Shown here one piece after another: positions 18,871 to 28,243 of a stretch of 64,000 nucleotides of DNA. Origin of the DNA: an uncultured Nitrososphaerota archaeon (GTDB taxonomy: Archaea > Korarchaeota > Korarchaeia > Korarchaeales > Korarchaeaceae); contig CAZQNA010000001.1 in assembly GCA_964594835.1 (NCBI GenBank), forward strand, positions 64,001 through 128,000. Reading direction: 5' to 3'. How positions within the stretch are numbered: the stretch's first letter is position 1; every line of letters starts with the position of its first letter. The translations under genes were made by a program, and so were the position numbers. The notes under the pieces are model-generated. The model had not been told where the DNA came from. It did no database searches and saw only the letters and a program-made list of their open reading frames with translations.

Positions 18871-20214
18871 ATGCCAGAAGACCTGGTCAAGATACTGGGT
18901 AAGATTCTAGAGGAGGACAGGGTTCTATCCGACGAGATATCCCTGGCGGCCTTCTCCTTCGACGCTTCGAACGTCAGGCAAATGCCTGACGTCGTCGTCC
19001 GCCCCTCCTCAGAGGAGGAGGTGGAGGAGATACTGAGGGCGGCGACGGAGCACGGCTTCCCCGTTACCCCCAGGGGGGCCGGAACTTCTCTGGTGGGCGG
19101 GCCTGTCCCCATAGAGGGGGGCGTGATCCTGGACCTCACGGACCTCAACGAGGTGTACGAGGTCGACGAGGAGGAGGGCTCGATCGAGGCCGGGCCTGGG
19201 CTCCGTGTTTCGGAGCTGCAGGAGAGGGTTGGAAGGGACTACTTCCTACCCATAGGCATGTACGGTGGAGGCAGCGCGACAATAGGGGGCCTGGCAGCCG
19301 TGGACGCCGCCTCGAGCCTCTCTAGCTTGTATGGGACGATGAGGAGCTTGGTAGTCGGTCTGAGGGCCGTCGCGCCCTCTGGCCAGTGGATAGACCTCCG
19401 GGGCTACCACGCCGGCGGGCCCAGGTTCCTCCTCGACTCCATCCTGGGCTCCGAGGGAACCCTGGCCGTGATAACCAGGCTTGTTGTTCGGCTGAGGAGG
19501 CGCCCTCACGTTGCAACTCACTCTCTTGAGCTCCTGGATTCTCTCGACGCCCTGACCCTCTTCTCCGAGCTTGCAGCCAGGGGGGTTGAGGTGGCGGCGC
19601 TGGACGTGTTTCACCGGGACGTCTTGGAGGCGGCCGGAGAGGGGGACTCAGAGGCCGGGGCCAGGGCCCTAGTCACATTTGTCGGGGCCACCCAGGAGTG
19701 CGTGGACTCGGCCTCGAGGATCCTGCAGGAGGTGCTTGACGAGATCAGGCCCCTCGGTCAGGAGTCGCTGGGAGACTCCCTCCCCGACAGGAACGAGCCC
19801 GTAGTCGGGGCGATAAGGGAGGCCAAGCAGGCGGCCATATTCGTCAGCGCCTCAGTTCCACCCTCCACCCTGAGGGACATAGTCCCGGAGGTGGAGAGGA
19901 CGGCCGCGCGGTACAGGGTGTCGACCCTGACCGTGTCGTCCGTACCGCTGGGGTGGGTCACCGTGGGCTTCCTCTTCGACCCACTGGACGACAAGCTCTT
20001 GGGGAGAGCAGTCTCTGCCTCTCAGAGCACTGCCGAGCTGTTCGCCAAGAGCGGGGGTGCCCTCGGCTTCGGGACGGGGATAGGTCGAACCATGGCTCAC
20101 GCGTTCGCCAAGCACAGGCCGGAGGCGGCGTCGGCATTCGCGGCCCTCAAGAGGGTGTTTGACCCTGCTTGGATCCTCAACCCAGGCAAGATAGTGCCCT
20201 CAAGAGGGGGCTAA
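18871..20214 (+). CDS. FAD-linked oxidase, GlcD/D-lactate dehydrogenase-like, degenerate catalytic motifs
   Basis: PRGAGTSLVGG, ATIGG, GSEGTLAVIT, terminal FDPAWILNPGK. Confidence 0.82.
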   Translation: MPEDLVKILGKILEEDRVLSDEISLAAFSFDASNVRQMPDVVVRPSSEEEVEEILRAATEHGFPVTPRGAGTSLVGGPVPIEGGVILDLTDLNEVYEVDEEEGSIEAGPGLRVSELQERVGRDYFLPIGMYGGGSATIGGLAAVDAASSLSSLYGTMRSLVVGLRAVAPSGQWIDLRGYHAGGPRFLLDSILGSEGTLAVITRLVVRLRRRPHVATHSLELLDSLDALTLFSELAARGVEVAALDVFHRDVLEAAGEGDSEAGARALVTFVGATQECVDSASRILQEVLDEIRPLGQESLGDSLPDRNEPVVGAIREAKQAAIFVSASVPPSTLRDIVPEVERTAARYRVSTLTVSSVPLGWVTVGFLFDPLDDKLLGRAVSASQSTAELFAKSGGALGFGTGIGRTMAHAFAKHRPEAASAFAALKRVFDPAWILNPGKIVPSRGG

Positions 20215-20218
20215 GAGC

Positions 20219-21316
20219 ATGTCAGCCGAGGAGGAGCAGAAGGAACCTCTGTTTAGTGAGGAGCTGACCCGAAGGCTGCAGTTCTGCCTGAGGTGTGGCG
20301 AGTGCAACCTTCACTGCCCCATCTATAGGGCCTTTGGGTTCAACGAGGCTTACTCTCCCAGGGGATGGGTGAACCTGGCCTCCATGCTCTCCCTCAGGGA
20401 GATCCCAGTGTTCATAGACAAGATAGAGCACATGTACCTCTCCGTACTCTGTGGGAGCTGCGACCCGCCCTGTCCCTACGACGTCAGGCCGTCTGAACTC
20501 ATACTGGCCGCCAGGAAGGAGCTCATAGACCTGGGTTACGTTCCCCCCCTCGACGTGGCGGCCATTCCTAGGAGGATCAGGTCGAACCTCCCCCTGCTCG
20601 AGCCCTCCCCCCAGGAGGAATGGATGCCGCCCGAGAAAGCGGGCCCCTCCGAGTCGACCGTCCTCTACCTAGGCAGGTGGGCTCTGAACTCGCCGGAGTC
20701 TGCCTCGGCGGCCTCGGAGCTGGCCTGGAGGTTCTTCAAGGCGCCGGCCCTGGCGGACAGCAGGCCGTCCTGCGGAGAGGTCTTGAGGCTGGCGGGATAC
20801 TTTGACGAGGCGAGGGAGGAGCTTGAGCTTCTCGTGGAGCGGCTTGAAGGGATGGGAGTTCGAGAGGTCCTCACTGCCTGCCCCGAGGCGGCCTCGAGGA
20901 TATCTGAGCTGGGAGTCGAGGCCAGAAGCCTGCTCGAGGCCCTCTCCGAGGCGCAGGTCGTGGACGAGAAGGTGGCCTCCAAGAAGCTGTCAAAGGGGGT
21001 CCTGCTGGTCCCGGAGTGTGTAGACAGGTCAAACGAGGCTGCCCTAGAGCTCCTGTCGGCCGCGGGCGTGCCGACAACCTTGGCAAGCTTCTGCGCGTCC
21101 TGCGGATATACCATCACCTACAACGCGAGGCCCGACGTCGTCGGGCGGCTGGGCGAGGATCTGGCGTCTCAGGCAGAGGTGAAAGGGGCCCCGCTCGTGG
21201 CCTTCGTTCACCCGGCCGCATATTCAGCCGTGAGGGCTGCCCTCAGGGGAGCCAAGCTCAAGCCGAAGATCCTCGACGTGTTCCAGCTCTTGCTTCAAGT
21301 GGCCAAGAAGCCCTAG
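20219..21316 (+). CDS. Fe-S oxidoreductase, GlcF/HdrD-like
   Basis: CLRCGECNLHCP, SPRG, second ferredoxin motif SVLCGSCDPPCP, partial CCG-domain cysteines. Confidence 0.78.
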   Translation: MSAEEEQKEPLFSEELTRRLQFCLRCGECNLHCPIYRAFGFNEAYSPRGWVNLASMLSLREIPVFIDKIEHMYLSVLCGSCDPPCPYDVRPSELILAARKELIDLGYVPPLDVAAIPRRIRSNLPLLEPSPQEEWMPPEKAGPSESTVLYLGRWALNSPESASAASELAWRFFKAPALADSRPSCGEVLRLAGYFDEAREELELLVERLEGMGVREVLTACPEAASRISELGVEARSLLEALSEAQVVDEKVASKKLSKGVLLVPECVDRSNEAALELLSAAGVPTTLASFCASCGYTITYNARPDVVGRLGEDLASQAEVKGAPLVAFVHPAAYSAVRAALRGAKLKPKILDVFQLLLQVAKKP

Positions 21317-22670
21317 CCAGGGGTTCTCCGATGCCCGAGTACACGAAGCCAGCCTCCTCCACGTTTTCCCTATCGAAGACGAGTCTCCCGTCGTAGAAGA
21401 GGACCGGCCCCTCTGGGTCACAGGACTCCCTGAGCCTGGTCAAGTCGAGGGACCTGAACTCGGGGTGGTCGGTGGCCAGCACGACGCACCTGGCCCCTGC
21501 GGCGGCCTCATAGGGATCTCTCGACCTCTCAGACCCGAAGCTCTCCTCGCAGAGTGGATCGTAGGACCTGACCCTGACCCCGGCGGACTTCAGAGCCGCA
21601 ACGAGATCCTTCGCCGGGCTCTCGCGGGGGTCACCGACCCCGCCCTTGTAGGCCGTGCCCAGCAGGGCTACTGTCGCCCCCCTGGCCCCACCGGTCTCCT
21701 CGAGGAAGGACAGTATCTCCTCGGCCGCAGACCTGGGCATCTCCTCGTTCAGCCTTCTGGCTCGAAGTATCAGCTCAGGGATGTACCCACTGTCCGCCGA
21801 GGCGTTTGCCAAGAAGAGGGGGTCCTTCGTCAGGCAGCTCCCCCCGACGCCGATGCCGGGCCTGAGCAGGTTCACCCTGGGGTGAAGGTTGGCCAGTCCT
21901 ATGACCTCCCTCGCGCTAACGCCGAGGGCGGAGCACACCCTCGCAATCTCGTTGGCGAGGGCTATGTTCACGTCCCTGTAGGTGTTCTCAACGAGCTTCA
22001 CCACCTCGGACGTGGTGGCGTCGGTCGTGATTATCTTCCCACGCGCGAAGGAGGAGTAGAGCTCCCTCGCCAGCTCTGCGGACTCCTCGTCAACGCCTCC
22101 GACTATCCTGTTCGCCTCCGTCAGCTCTCGGATCAGTCGACCGGGCATGGCCCTCTCCGGACAGTGAGCCAAGAACACCCTCCGAGCGTGCCTCGGGCGG
22201 ACTAGCCTTGCCACCATCTCCGAGGTCGTCCCCGGGGGGACCGTGCTCTCCACCACGACCAGCGCGTCCCCCGAGATTGACCTCCCCACCTCCTCGGCCG
22301 CCGAGATTAGGTAGGTGAGGTTCGGTTCTCCCCCGTTTATCCTGGGCGTCGGGACGGCTATTATGAACACGTCGGCCCCGAGGATCTCGTCGGGATCGGC
22401 CGTTGGCCTGTACCTGCCCGACGACAGGCCCAGCTCGAGGAGTTCGGGGAGGCCAGGCTCTCCCGGATAGGGGACAGATCCCGTCCTGAGCCCCTCAACG
22501 AGGACCTCGTTCACGTCGTACCCGACGACGTTGAAGCCAGCCCTTGACAGGAGCAGGGCTATCGGGAGCCCTATGTAGCCCTGCCCCAGGACGGCGACCC
22601 TGGCCCTCCTGCTGCGGATCTCGTTCATCAGCCTGTCGAAGGCCGACTCCCCGAACTCCTCCATCCCCAC
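21258..22670 (-). CDS. Nucleotide-sugar dehydrogenase (WecC/UDP-ManNAc dehydrogenase-like)
   Basis: GQGYIG, ESTVPPGT, CPER, KLVENTYRDVNIALANE, GVGGSCL. Confidence 0.9.
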   Translation of the reverse strand: MGMEEFGESAFDRLMNEIRSRRARVAVLGQGYIGLPIALLLSRAGFNVVGYDVNEVLVEGLRTGSVPYPGEPGLPELLELGLSSGRYRPTADPDEILGADVFIIAVPTPRINGGEPNLTYLISAAEEVGRSISGDALVVVESTVPPGTTSEMVARLVRPRHARRVFLAHCPERAMPGRLIRELTEANRIVGGVDEESAELARELYSSFARGKIITTDATTSEVVKLVENTYRDVNIALANEIARVCSALGVSAREVIGLANLHPRVNLLRPGIGVGGSCLTKDPLFLANASADSGYIPELILRARRLNEEMPRSAAEEILSFLEETGGARGATVALLGTAYKGGVGDPRESPAKDLVAALKSAGVRVRSYDPLCEESFGSERSRDPYEAAAGARCVVLATDHPEFRSLDLTRLRESCDPEGPVLFYDGRLVFDRENVEEAGFVYSGIGEPLARASWPLEARAGTRRGSSA

Positions 22671-22757
22671 CCTCCAGCGGAGGGGTGGGGCGGAGTAATA
22701 ACCCTGACAAGCGAAACGATTGAAAAGGAGCGAATCGATCGATTGGCCGGTTTTAAT

Positions 22758-22961
22758 TCAGACCAGTGTGCCCTGGAGTTCTCTCCGCTTGAGTCTGGTT
22801 ATGTAACCCGCCACGCGGTTTCTGTAGACCTTAGAACGGACGTTGGCTATCCTCTGGAGGACCATCTTGTTGTGCTCGAAGTCGGTGGTCCAGAGTTCCG
22901 GGTACTCCTTCACGAGCCTGTAGGCAACCCTCTTGATGGCCTTCTCCCTGACAGTTCCCAT
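22758..22961 (-). CDS. rps17e: 30S ribosomal protein eS17
   Basis: MGTVR, DFEHNK, RNRVAGYIT. Confidence 0.95.
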   Translation of the reverse strand: MGTVREKAIKRVAYRLVKEYPELWTTDFEHNKMVLQRIANVRSKVYRNRVAGYITRLKRRELQGTLV

Positions 22962-22981
22962 TGGCCTCTCTCCCGACCGCG

Positions 22982-24127
22982 CTAGGTCAGCTTATATAAA
23001 GGTTGACGCTCCGAGGCCCGCTCTACGATCTTCTTGGCCAGTGGGAGGACCTCCTCCCTCCTCTTCTCATGCTCCCTCATCTCTCTGACAAGCTCCTCGA
23101 CTATCTGAGCCTTGCACTCTCCGCAGAGCCGCTCTCCCGCGGTACACTCGGAGTATATCCTCTCGAGCTCGCGGTCGTCGTTGGGGTAGAGGTGAAACTT
23201 CGCTATCTCGTAGACTACGCATCTCCAGGGCTCCCCCCCAAGCTCCCTCTGGAGCGTCGCGGTCTCCCTCCCGCCGGTGAACGCGTTCATGATCTTCCTC
23301 CTGACCAGCTCTTCGTCGTCCCTCAGGCTGATGTAGCTCATGGGATCTCGCTTGGACATCTTCTTGTCGCCCAGGAGGCTCCTGATGATCAGGTGGTAGG
23401 TGGACGCCGGCTCCAAGAAGCCCCACTTGGACCTCAGCTTGGCGGTGACGTCCCTGGTGAGGCGCAGGTGGGGGTCCTGATCCACCCCCACCGGGACTAT
23501 GGTGGGCTTAGGCCCCCCGAAGTCGGGGTGCTGCGGGAGCAGGATGTCCCCTATCTGGACCAGCGCGGACAGGTAGAGGCCCATGTGCCTCTCGCCGTAC
23601 ACGGCCCTCATCGTTGAGAGCGTTATTCCGCGGGCGGCCAGGGCGGCTATCTCCTGGACCCTGATCTCCCTGCTCTGGAAGTACACGTAGGACCTCTCCG
23701 GGTCCAGTCCGGCTGCGAGAAGGTCGGCGACGTTGCTGACGGCCACCCTCCTGCTGACGTCGAAGTCCTGTCCGTTGTCCTCCCACGCCTCTATGTCCGC
23801 TATGGCGAATACGGCCAGCGCACTCTCGGACTTCCTCTGGAAGTACACGAACTCCTTCACAGTCTGGAACGTGCCCAGGTGATACTCTCCCGTGGGCTTT
23901 ATCCCCGTCAGAACCGCGTACTCCTTTCCGGACCTGATGGCCTCCGCAATCACGTCCAGGTCGCGGTGCGCGAAGATGATTCTCCTCCGGAAGAAGGGGG
24001 CGTCTCCGAAAATCTCCAGGTGTCTCTCTGTCACCTCCGATAGACCGAACTGCTCCACTAGCCTCCTGTAATCCTGGATGAGGTCGCTGGACCAGGGATC
24101 CAACTCATTTGGGGGCAGGCGGGTCAC
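22982..24127 (-). CDS. trpS: Tryptophan--tRNA ligase
   Basis: DPW, GIKPTGEYHLG, QIGDIL, PVGVDQDPH, KMSK, AFTGGR. Confidence 0.93.
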   Translation of the reverse strand: MTRLPPNELDPWSSDLIQDYRRLVEQFGLSEVTERHLEIFGDAPFFRRRIIFAHRDLDVIAEAIRSGKEYAVLTGIKPTGEYHLGTFQTVKEFVYFQRKSESALAVFAIADIEAWEDNGQDFDVSRRVAVSNVADLLAAGLDPERSYVYFQSREIRVQEIAALAARGITLSTMRAVYGERHMGLYLSALVQIGDILLPQHPDFGGPKPTIVPVGVDQDPHLRLTRDVTAKLRSKWGFLEPASTYHLIIRSLLGDKKMSKRDPMSYISLRDDEELVRRKIMNAFTGGRETATLQRELGGEPWRCVVYEIAKFHLYPNDDRELERIYSECTAGERLCGECKAQIVEELVREMREHEKRREEVLPLAKKIVERASERQPLYKLT

Positions 24128-24194
24128 CCTCCGTGCCCGCCGGCTGCGTTTTAAAAACTGGTTCCGCCGGGCTCACCGAGACGGTGTGGACGGC

Positions 24195-25265
24195 ATGGCG
24201 GGGGTGCTGGATACCTTCATCTCGGAGAACAAGGGGCGGATCGACGAGGAGCTTAACAGGTTCATGAGCGAGGTAATGGGTCAATCACCGTCCCCTGAGG
24301 CGCTGGAGTACTACAGGAGGCTTCAGGAGTACCTGCTGAGGGGAGGAAAGCGGCTCAGACCCCTGTCCGTGGTGGCCTCCTACCGCGGCTTCGGGGGGGA
24401 TCAGGAGGGCATCTACCGGGCCGCCATCTCCGTCGAACTCCTCCACGCGTCCTCGCTAATCCACGACGACATAATGGACGAGAGCCCAACGAGACGGGGT
24501 GGACCGGCCTTTCACGTCCTTGGAGAGGACTGGTTTGAGTCCCTGGACGTGGAGAGGGTTCCTCAGAACATAGGCACATCCATAGGGATACTGGGAGGAG
24601 ACAGCCTCCTGGGGCTGGGGATTGAGGCCCTGCTGAAGTCGGGGTTCCCGGCCGCCAGGACCGAGGCGGCCGTGGGGGAGTACGTGGAGGCCTACAGGAG
24701 GCTCGTGGAGGGACAGCTGCTCGACCTGTTCCTGAGCTGCAGCAGGGAGATCCCCAGCGAGGAGGCGGTGCTCGAGATGCTGTCTCTCAAGACCGGGGCC
24801 CTCTTCGCGGCCTCCCTGAGGATCGGCGCCACGCTGGCCGGTGCCCCGGACTCGGCCCTTCAGGCCCTCTCAGACTACGGCCGTCGGGTGGGGGTCGCCT
24901 TCCAGATAGTCGATGACATCCTCGGGCTCTTCGGAGACCCCAAGGTGACCGGCAAGCCGTCGGACTCCGACGTCAAGGAGGGCAAGCGCACCATACTGGT
25001 GATAAGGGCCCTGGAGAGGTGCTCTTCCCGAGATAGGGAGAGGTTCTTGAGCATCCTGGGAAATCCACGGGCTGGGAGCGAGGACGTGGACTTCGTCAGG
25101 GACGTTGTCCGGGAGACGGGATCGCTGGACTACGCGCGCGCAAAGGCAATAGAACTCCTCGAGGAGGCAAAATCCTCCCTGAGATCGCTTGAGGGGGTTG
25201 CTGAGGCTGAGTTCTTGCGGCTCCTCTCTGAACTGGCCGACGCGCTGGTGTTCAGGAACCGTTAA
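24195..25265 (+). CDS. idsA: Geranylgeranyl diphosphate synthase (polyprenyl synthetase)
   Basis: GGKRLRP, HDDIMD..RRG, GQLLD, KTGALF, FQIVDDIL, GKPSDSDVKEGK. Confidence 0.9.
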   Translation: MAGVLDTFISENKGRIDEELNRFMSEVMGQSPSPEALEYYRRLQEYLLRGGKRLRPLSVVASYRGFGGDQEGIYRAAISVELLHASSLIHDDIMDESPTRRGGPAFHVLGEDWFESLDVERVPQNIGTSIGILGGDSLLGLGIEALLKSGFPAARTEAAVGEYVEAYRRLVEGQLLDLFLSCSREIPSEEAVLEMLSLKTGALFAASLRIGATLAGAPDSALQALSDYGRRVGVAFQIVDDILGLFGDPKVTGKPSDSDVKEGKRTILVIRALERCSSRDRERFLSILGNPRAGSEDVDFVRDVVRETGSLDYARAKAIELLEEAKSSLRSLEGVAEAEFLRLLSELADALVFRNR

Positions 25266-25291
25266 ATTTGGGGTCCGCCGGAAAGTAGGCA

Positions 25292-25476
25292 TGGCGCCTG
25301 CCACTGAATGACCCCGGGCGAGGGAGGACGGCGTGGGCCGACCTGTGAGCCCGTGGGATTAGTTGGCAGGCGCTCAACCCTCACGCACCGGGTGTTGAAG
25401 AGAGTGAGACCGGTAGTGCTCGATTGTTCACCACCCGTTGGTCGGGTCGTCGGGTCTGGGGAGCCACCCAGATCCC
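25292..25476 (+). ncRNA. Candidate structured RNA or 5' leader of dnaG with K-turn
   Basis: TTAAATTT about 25 nt upstream; 10-bp stem 25294-25303/25364-25373; K-turn-like motif; three further hairpins. Confidence 0.45.
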
Positions 25477-25496
25477 TTTAGTCGTTGGGAGAGGTG

Positions 25497-26789
25497 ATGT
25501 TCGACTTGAGGAATTCTCCCGGATACGAGTCCAGGCCCCCTGGCAACAGGAACAGGGACGCCGAGCACCACCCCAAGTACCTCATCCACCTGGACATAGT
25601 GGTGAACGGCCACGTGGACGACAGCGACGTGATAGGCGCCCTGTTCGGCCAGCTTGAGGGGCTCATCGGACCGGAGCTTGAGCTGAGGGAGCTTCAGAGG
25701 ACCGGGAAGATAGGCAGGATAAAGGTCCACCTGAAGAACGAGGGGGCCAAGACCAGGGGGGTCATTCAGGTTGGGTGCAGCCTGGACAAGGCCAGAACGG
25801 CCATAATAGCCGCAGCAATGGAGAGTGTCGACCGGGTCGGTCCCTACACCGCCAAGGTCAAGCTCAGGAAGATAACCGATGAGAGGGAGGAGAAGAGGAG
25901 GTTCATAGCGAAGAGGGCTGTGGAGATCCTCAAGGATTGGAGGAGCCAGGCGGCCGAATCCTCGAAGGACCTGCTCGACAAGATACTGAGGGAGGCGTCG
26001 CGCGAGGAGGTGATCTTCTACGGGCCCGAGAGGCTGCCCGCGGGTCCCGGGGTGGACGAGTCCGACGAGCTCATCGTAGTGGAGGGGAGGGCTGACGTCG
26101 TCAACATGCTGAGGTACGGCTGGACGAACGTCATATCCGTTGGGGGAGCCGTTGAGAGGGTCCCAGACACGGTGGTCAAGCTGATCTCTCAGAAGGACGC
26201 GATCGCATTCGTCGACGGTGATCGCGGCGGTGAGATGGTTCTCAGGGCCCTGCTTGAGCAGACCGACGTGGACTACGTCGCCAGGGCGCCTCCCGGGAAG
26301 GGAGTTCAGGATCTCACCGCCAAGGAGATCAGAAAGGCGCTCGAGTCCGCCGTTCCAGCCTCTGAGGAGCGGGAGAGGCTGGGCATTCCAAGGCCCGAGG
26401 CGCGCGCCGCGCCGGCTCACCCGGCCGCCGAGTCCCCGCGAGTGGCCCAGGGTACCTCAGCCGGCGCGCGCGTCGGTGAAGCGGCCGCCGGGGAGCCCTG
26501 GGAGAAGAGGATCCCGCGTGAACTCAGGGAAGTGGTAAGGGAGGCGATCTCGTCGGGCAAGGCGATCCTCCTGTCGGAGGATCTTGCCAAGGTCGGTGAG
26601 GTCAGGGTCAGCGACCTCCACGAGCAGCTGGGGTCCGTGAACGGGGCCAAGTACCTCGTCTACGACGGGAACGTGACCCAGCGCATCGTGGACAAGGCGC
26701 ACCTCTCGGGGATAAGGGTGATAGTCGGGAGGAGGGCGTACGAGCTCAGCAGGATTCCCGTGGGGCTGAAGGTCTACACGCTCGAGTGA
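25497..26789 (+). CDS. dnaG: Archaeal DnaG (TOPRIM primase / exosome subunit)
   Basis: IGALFGQLEGL, LRELQRTGKIGRI, DRVGP, VVEGRADV, FVDGDRGG. Confidence 0.93.
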   Translation: MFDLRNSPGYESRPPGNRNRDAEHHPKYLIHLDIVVNGHVDDSDVIGALFGQLEGLIGPELELRELQRTGKIGRIKVHLKNEGAKTRGVIQVGCSLDKARTAIIAAAMESVDRVGPYTAKVKLRKITDEREEKRRFIAKRAVEILKDWRSQAAESSKDLLDKILREASREEVIFYGPERLPAGPGVDESDELIVVEGRADVVNMLRYGWTNVISVGGAVERVPDTVVKLISQKDAIAFVDGDRGGEMVLRALLEQTDVDYVARAPPGKGVQDLTAKEIRKALESAVPASEERERLGIPRPEARAAPAHPAAESPRVAQGTSAGARVGEAAAGEPWEKRIPRELREVVREAISSGKAILLSEDLAKVGEVRVSDLHEQLGSVNGAKYLVYDGNVTQRIVDKAHLSGIRVIVGRRAYELSRIPVGLKVYTLE

Positions 26790-26796
26790 CCTCGGC

Positions 26797-27885
26797 GTGA
26801 TCGCCATGAGGGTCCTCAAGAGGGACGAGAGAAGGGGGACTGTGACAGTAAAGGTCGACGGACAGGAGGACCTGTACTGGCTCTCCCTGATAATCAAGCC
26901 GGGGGACCTCGTCACCTCGAGGACCACCCGGAGGTACAAGCCCGAGGGCCAGCAGAGACCGGACAGCGGGGAGAGGGTCCCTGTCACCCTCACCATAGAG
27001 GTGGAGAAGGTGGAGGTTGGGCCCAAGGGAGCCTCCCTCAGGGTCCTCGGGGTCGTAAGGAGGGCGCCGGATTGGCTGGGAATACAGGGAAAGCACCACT
27101 CCCTGGACGTGTCCCCGGGGGCCCAGCTCACCATACAGAAGGATCGGTGGAGCGGCATGCTCCTGGAGTTCCTGGAGAGGGCCGAGAGATCGACCCTCTC
27201 CCCGAAGGTCCTGGTAGCCGCGGTCGACGACAGATCCGCGACCGTCGCGGTGATCTCAGACTTCAGGGTGACCCCGGAGGTCACGCTTCGATCGCGAAGG
27301 GCGGCGGACTCTCGCTCCAAGAGGCCTCAGAGCGTCCTGGATCCGAATTTCCAGAGGGAGCTCGGGGAGCTGCTGGAGAGGCTGGTTGAGAGGTACTCTC
27401 CGGAGGCGCTCGTCCTCACAGGGCCAGGGTTCTTCAAGGAGGAGCTGGCAAGGTACCTCCAGGAGAGACACCCGAGCCTTGCAGGCTTGATCCGAGTGGT
27501 GGACTCATCCTCGGCGACCCTGAGCGGGATATACGAGGTCCTACGAAGGGGCGAGATTGACAGGGTGGCGAGGGAGCTGGCGATCTCCAGGGACTCTGGC
27601 CTCCTCCAAGAGTTCCTCCGAGAGGTGTCCAGGGGGTCCAGGCTGGTGACTTACGGCGTCGGGGAGGTGGGTCGGGCGCTCGATATGGGGGCGGTTGAGG
27701 TCCTACTGATATCCAGCGCGATGCTCTTCGACCCGTCAACGAGGGAGGAGGCCATGCGGATGCTGGAGATGTGCAGGAGGACGGGGGCCAGCTTCCGCAT
27801 CGTGGACTCGGAGTCAGAGCCGGGACAGATGCTCGACTCCCTCGGCGGAGTCGTGGCCTTCCTGAGGTTTCCGGCCTCGGCCTGA
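26797..27885 (+). CDS. pelA: Pelota/Dom34 ribosome rescue factor
   Basis: EDLYWL...GDLV...TTR, HHSL, GPGFFKE, YG, GGVVAFLRF. Confidence 0.92.
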   Translation: MIAMRVLKRDERRGTVTVKVDGQEDLYWLSLIIKPGDLVTSRTTRRYKPEGQQRPDSGERVPVTLTIEVEKVEVGPKGASLRVLGVVRRAPDWLGIQGKHHSLDVSPGAQLTIQKDRWSGMLLEFLERAERSTLSPKVLVAAVDDRSATVAVISDFRVTPEVTLRSRRAADSRSKRPQSVLDPNFQRELGELLERLVERYSPEALVLTGPGFFKEELARYLQERHPSLAGLIRVVDSSSATLSGIYEVLRRGEIDRVARELAISRDSGLLQEFLREVSRGSRLVTYGVGEVGRALDMGAVEVLLISSAMLFDPSTREEAMRMLEMCRRTGASFRIVDSESEPGQMLDSLGGVVAFLRFPASA

Positions 27886-27898
27886 TCGGACTGCCGGA

Positions 27899-28195
27899 CT
27901 AGCTCAGAAGCTCGAGGACGAAGTAGAGGATGACGCCGGAAGTGATGAGCTTCCTCCCCTTGTAGGAGAATACGTCGGAGGCCCACAGTACCACTCCCAC
28001 CGCTATGAGGGTCCCCGCGAGGATCCTCCCCAGCTCGATGGCCGTCTCCCTCAGGAATGACAGGATCTCGATGAGCTCCGCCTTGAACCCCTCGAGGACC
28101 CGGGAGTGAGATAGCTGGGGATTGGCCGAGGAGGTCCCCACGGCGCCCAGCAGAATCAGCAGCATTAACAGCGCTGCCGAGAGCCACTCCCTCAT
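27899..28195 (-). CDS. Small membrane protein, VirB2/TrbC/CedA1-like architecture
   Basis: Signal-like N-terminus, then two hydrophobic helices joined by a basic YKGRK loop. Confidence 0.6.
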   Translation of the reverse strand: MREWLSAALLMLLILLGAVGTSSANPQLSHSRVLEGFKAELIEILSFLRETAIELGRILAGTLIAVGVVLWASDVFSYKGRKLITSGVILYFVLELLS

Positions 28196-28243
28196 GCTCC
28201 TCTCGAAGGGAGGGGTCTTGGGGGGTAATCTCCCTGCCGGACA

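Noticed and set aside
25291-25311. Mini-ORF MAPATE at the start of the dnaG leader
   Set aside because: Six codons with no supporting features. It cannot be told from chance, although a leaderless uORF is not excluded.
25424-25657. 77-aa ORF overlapping the dnaG start
   Set aside because: Out of frame with dnaG and has no motif.
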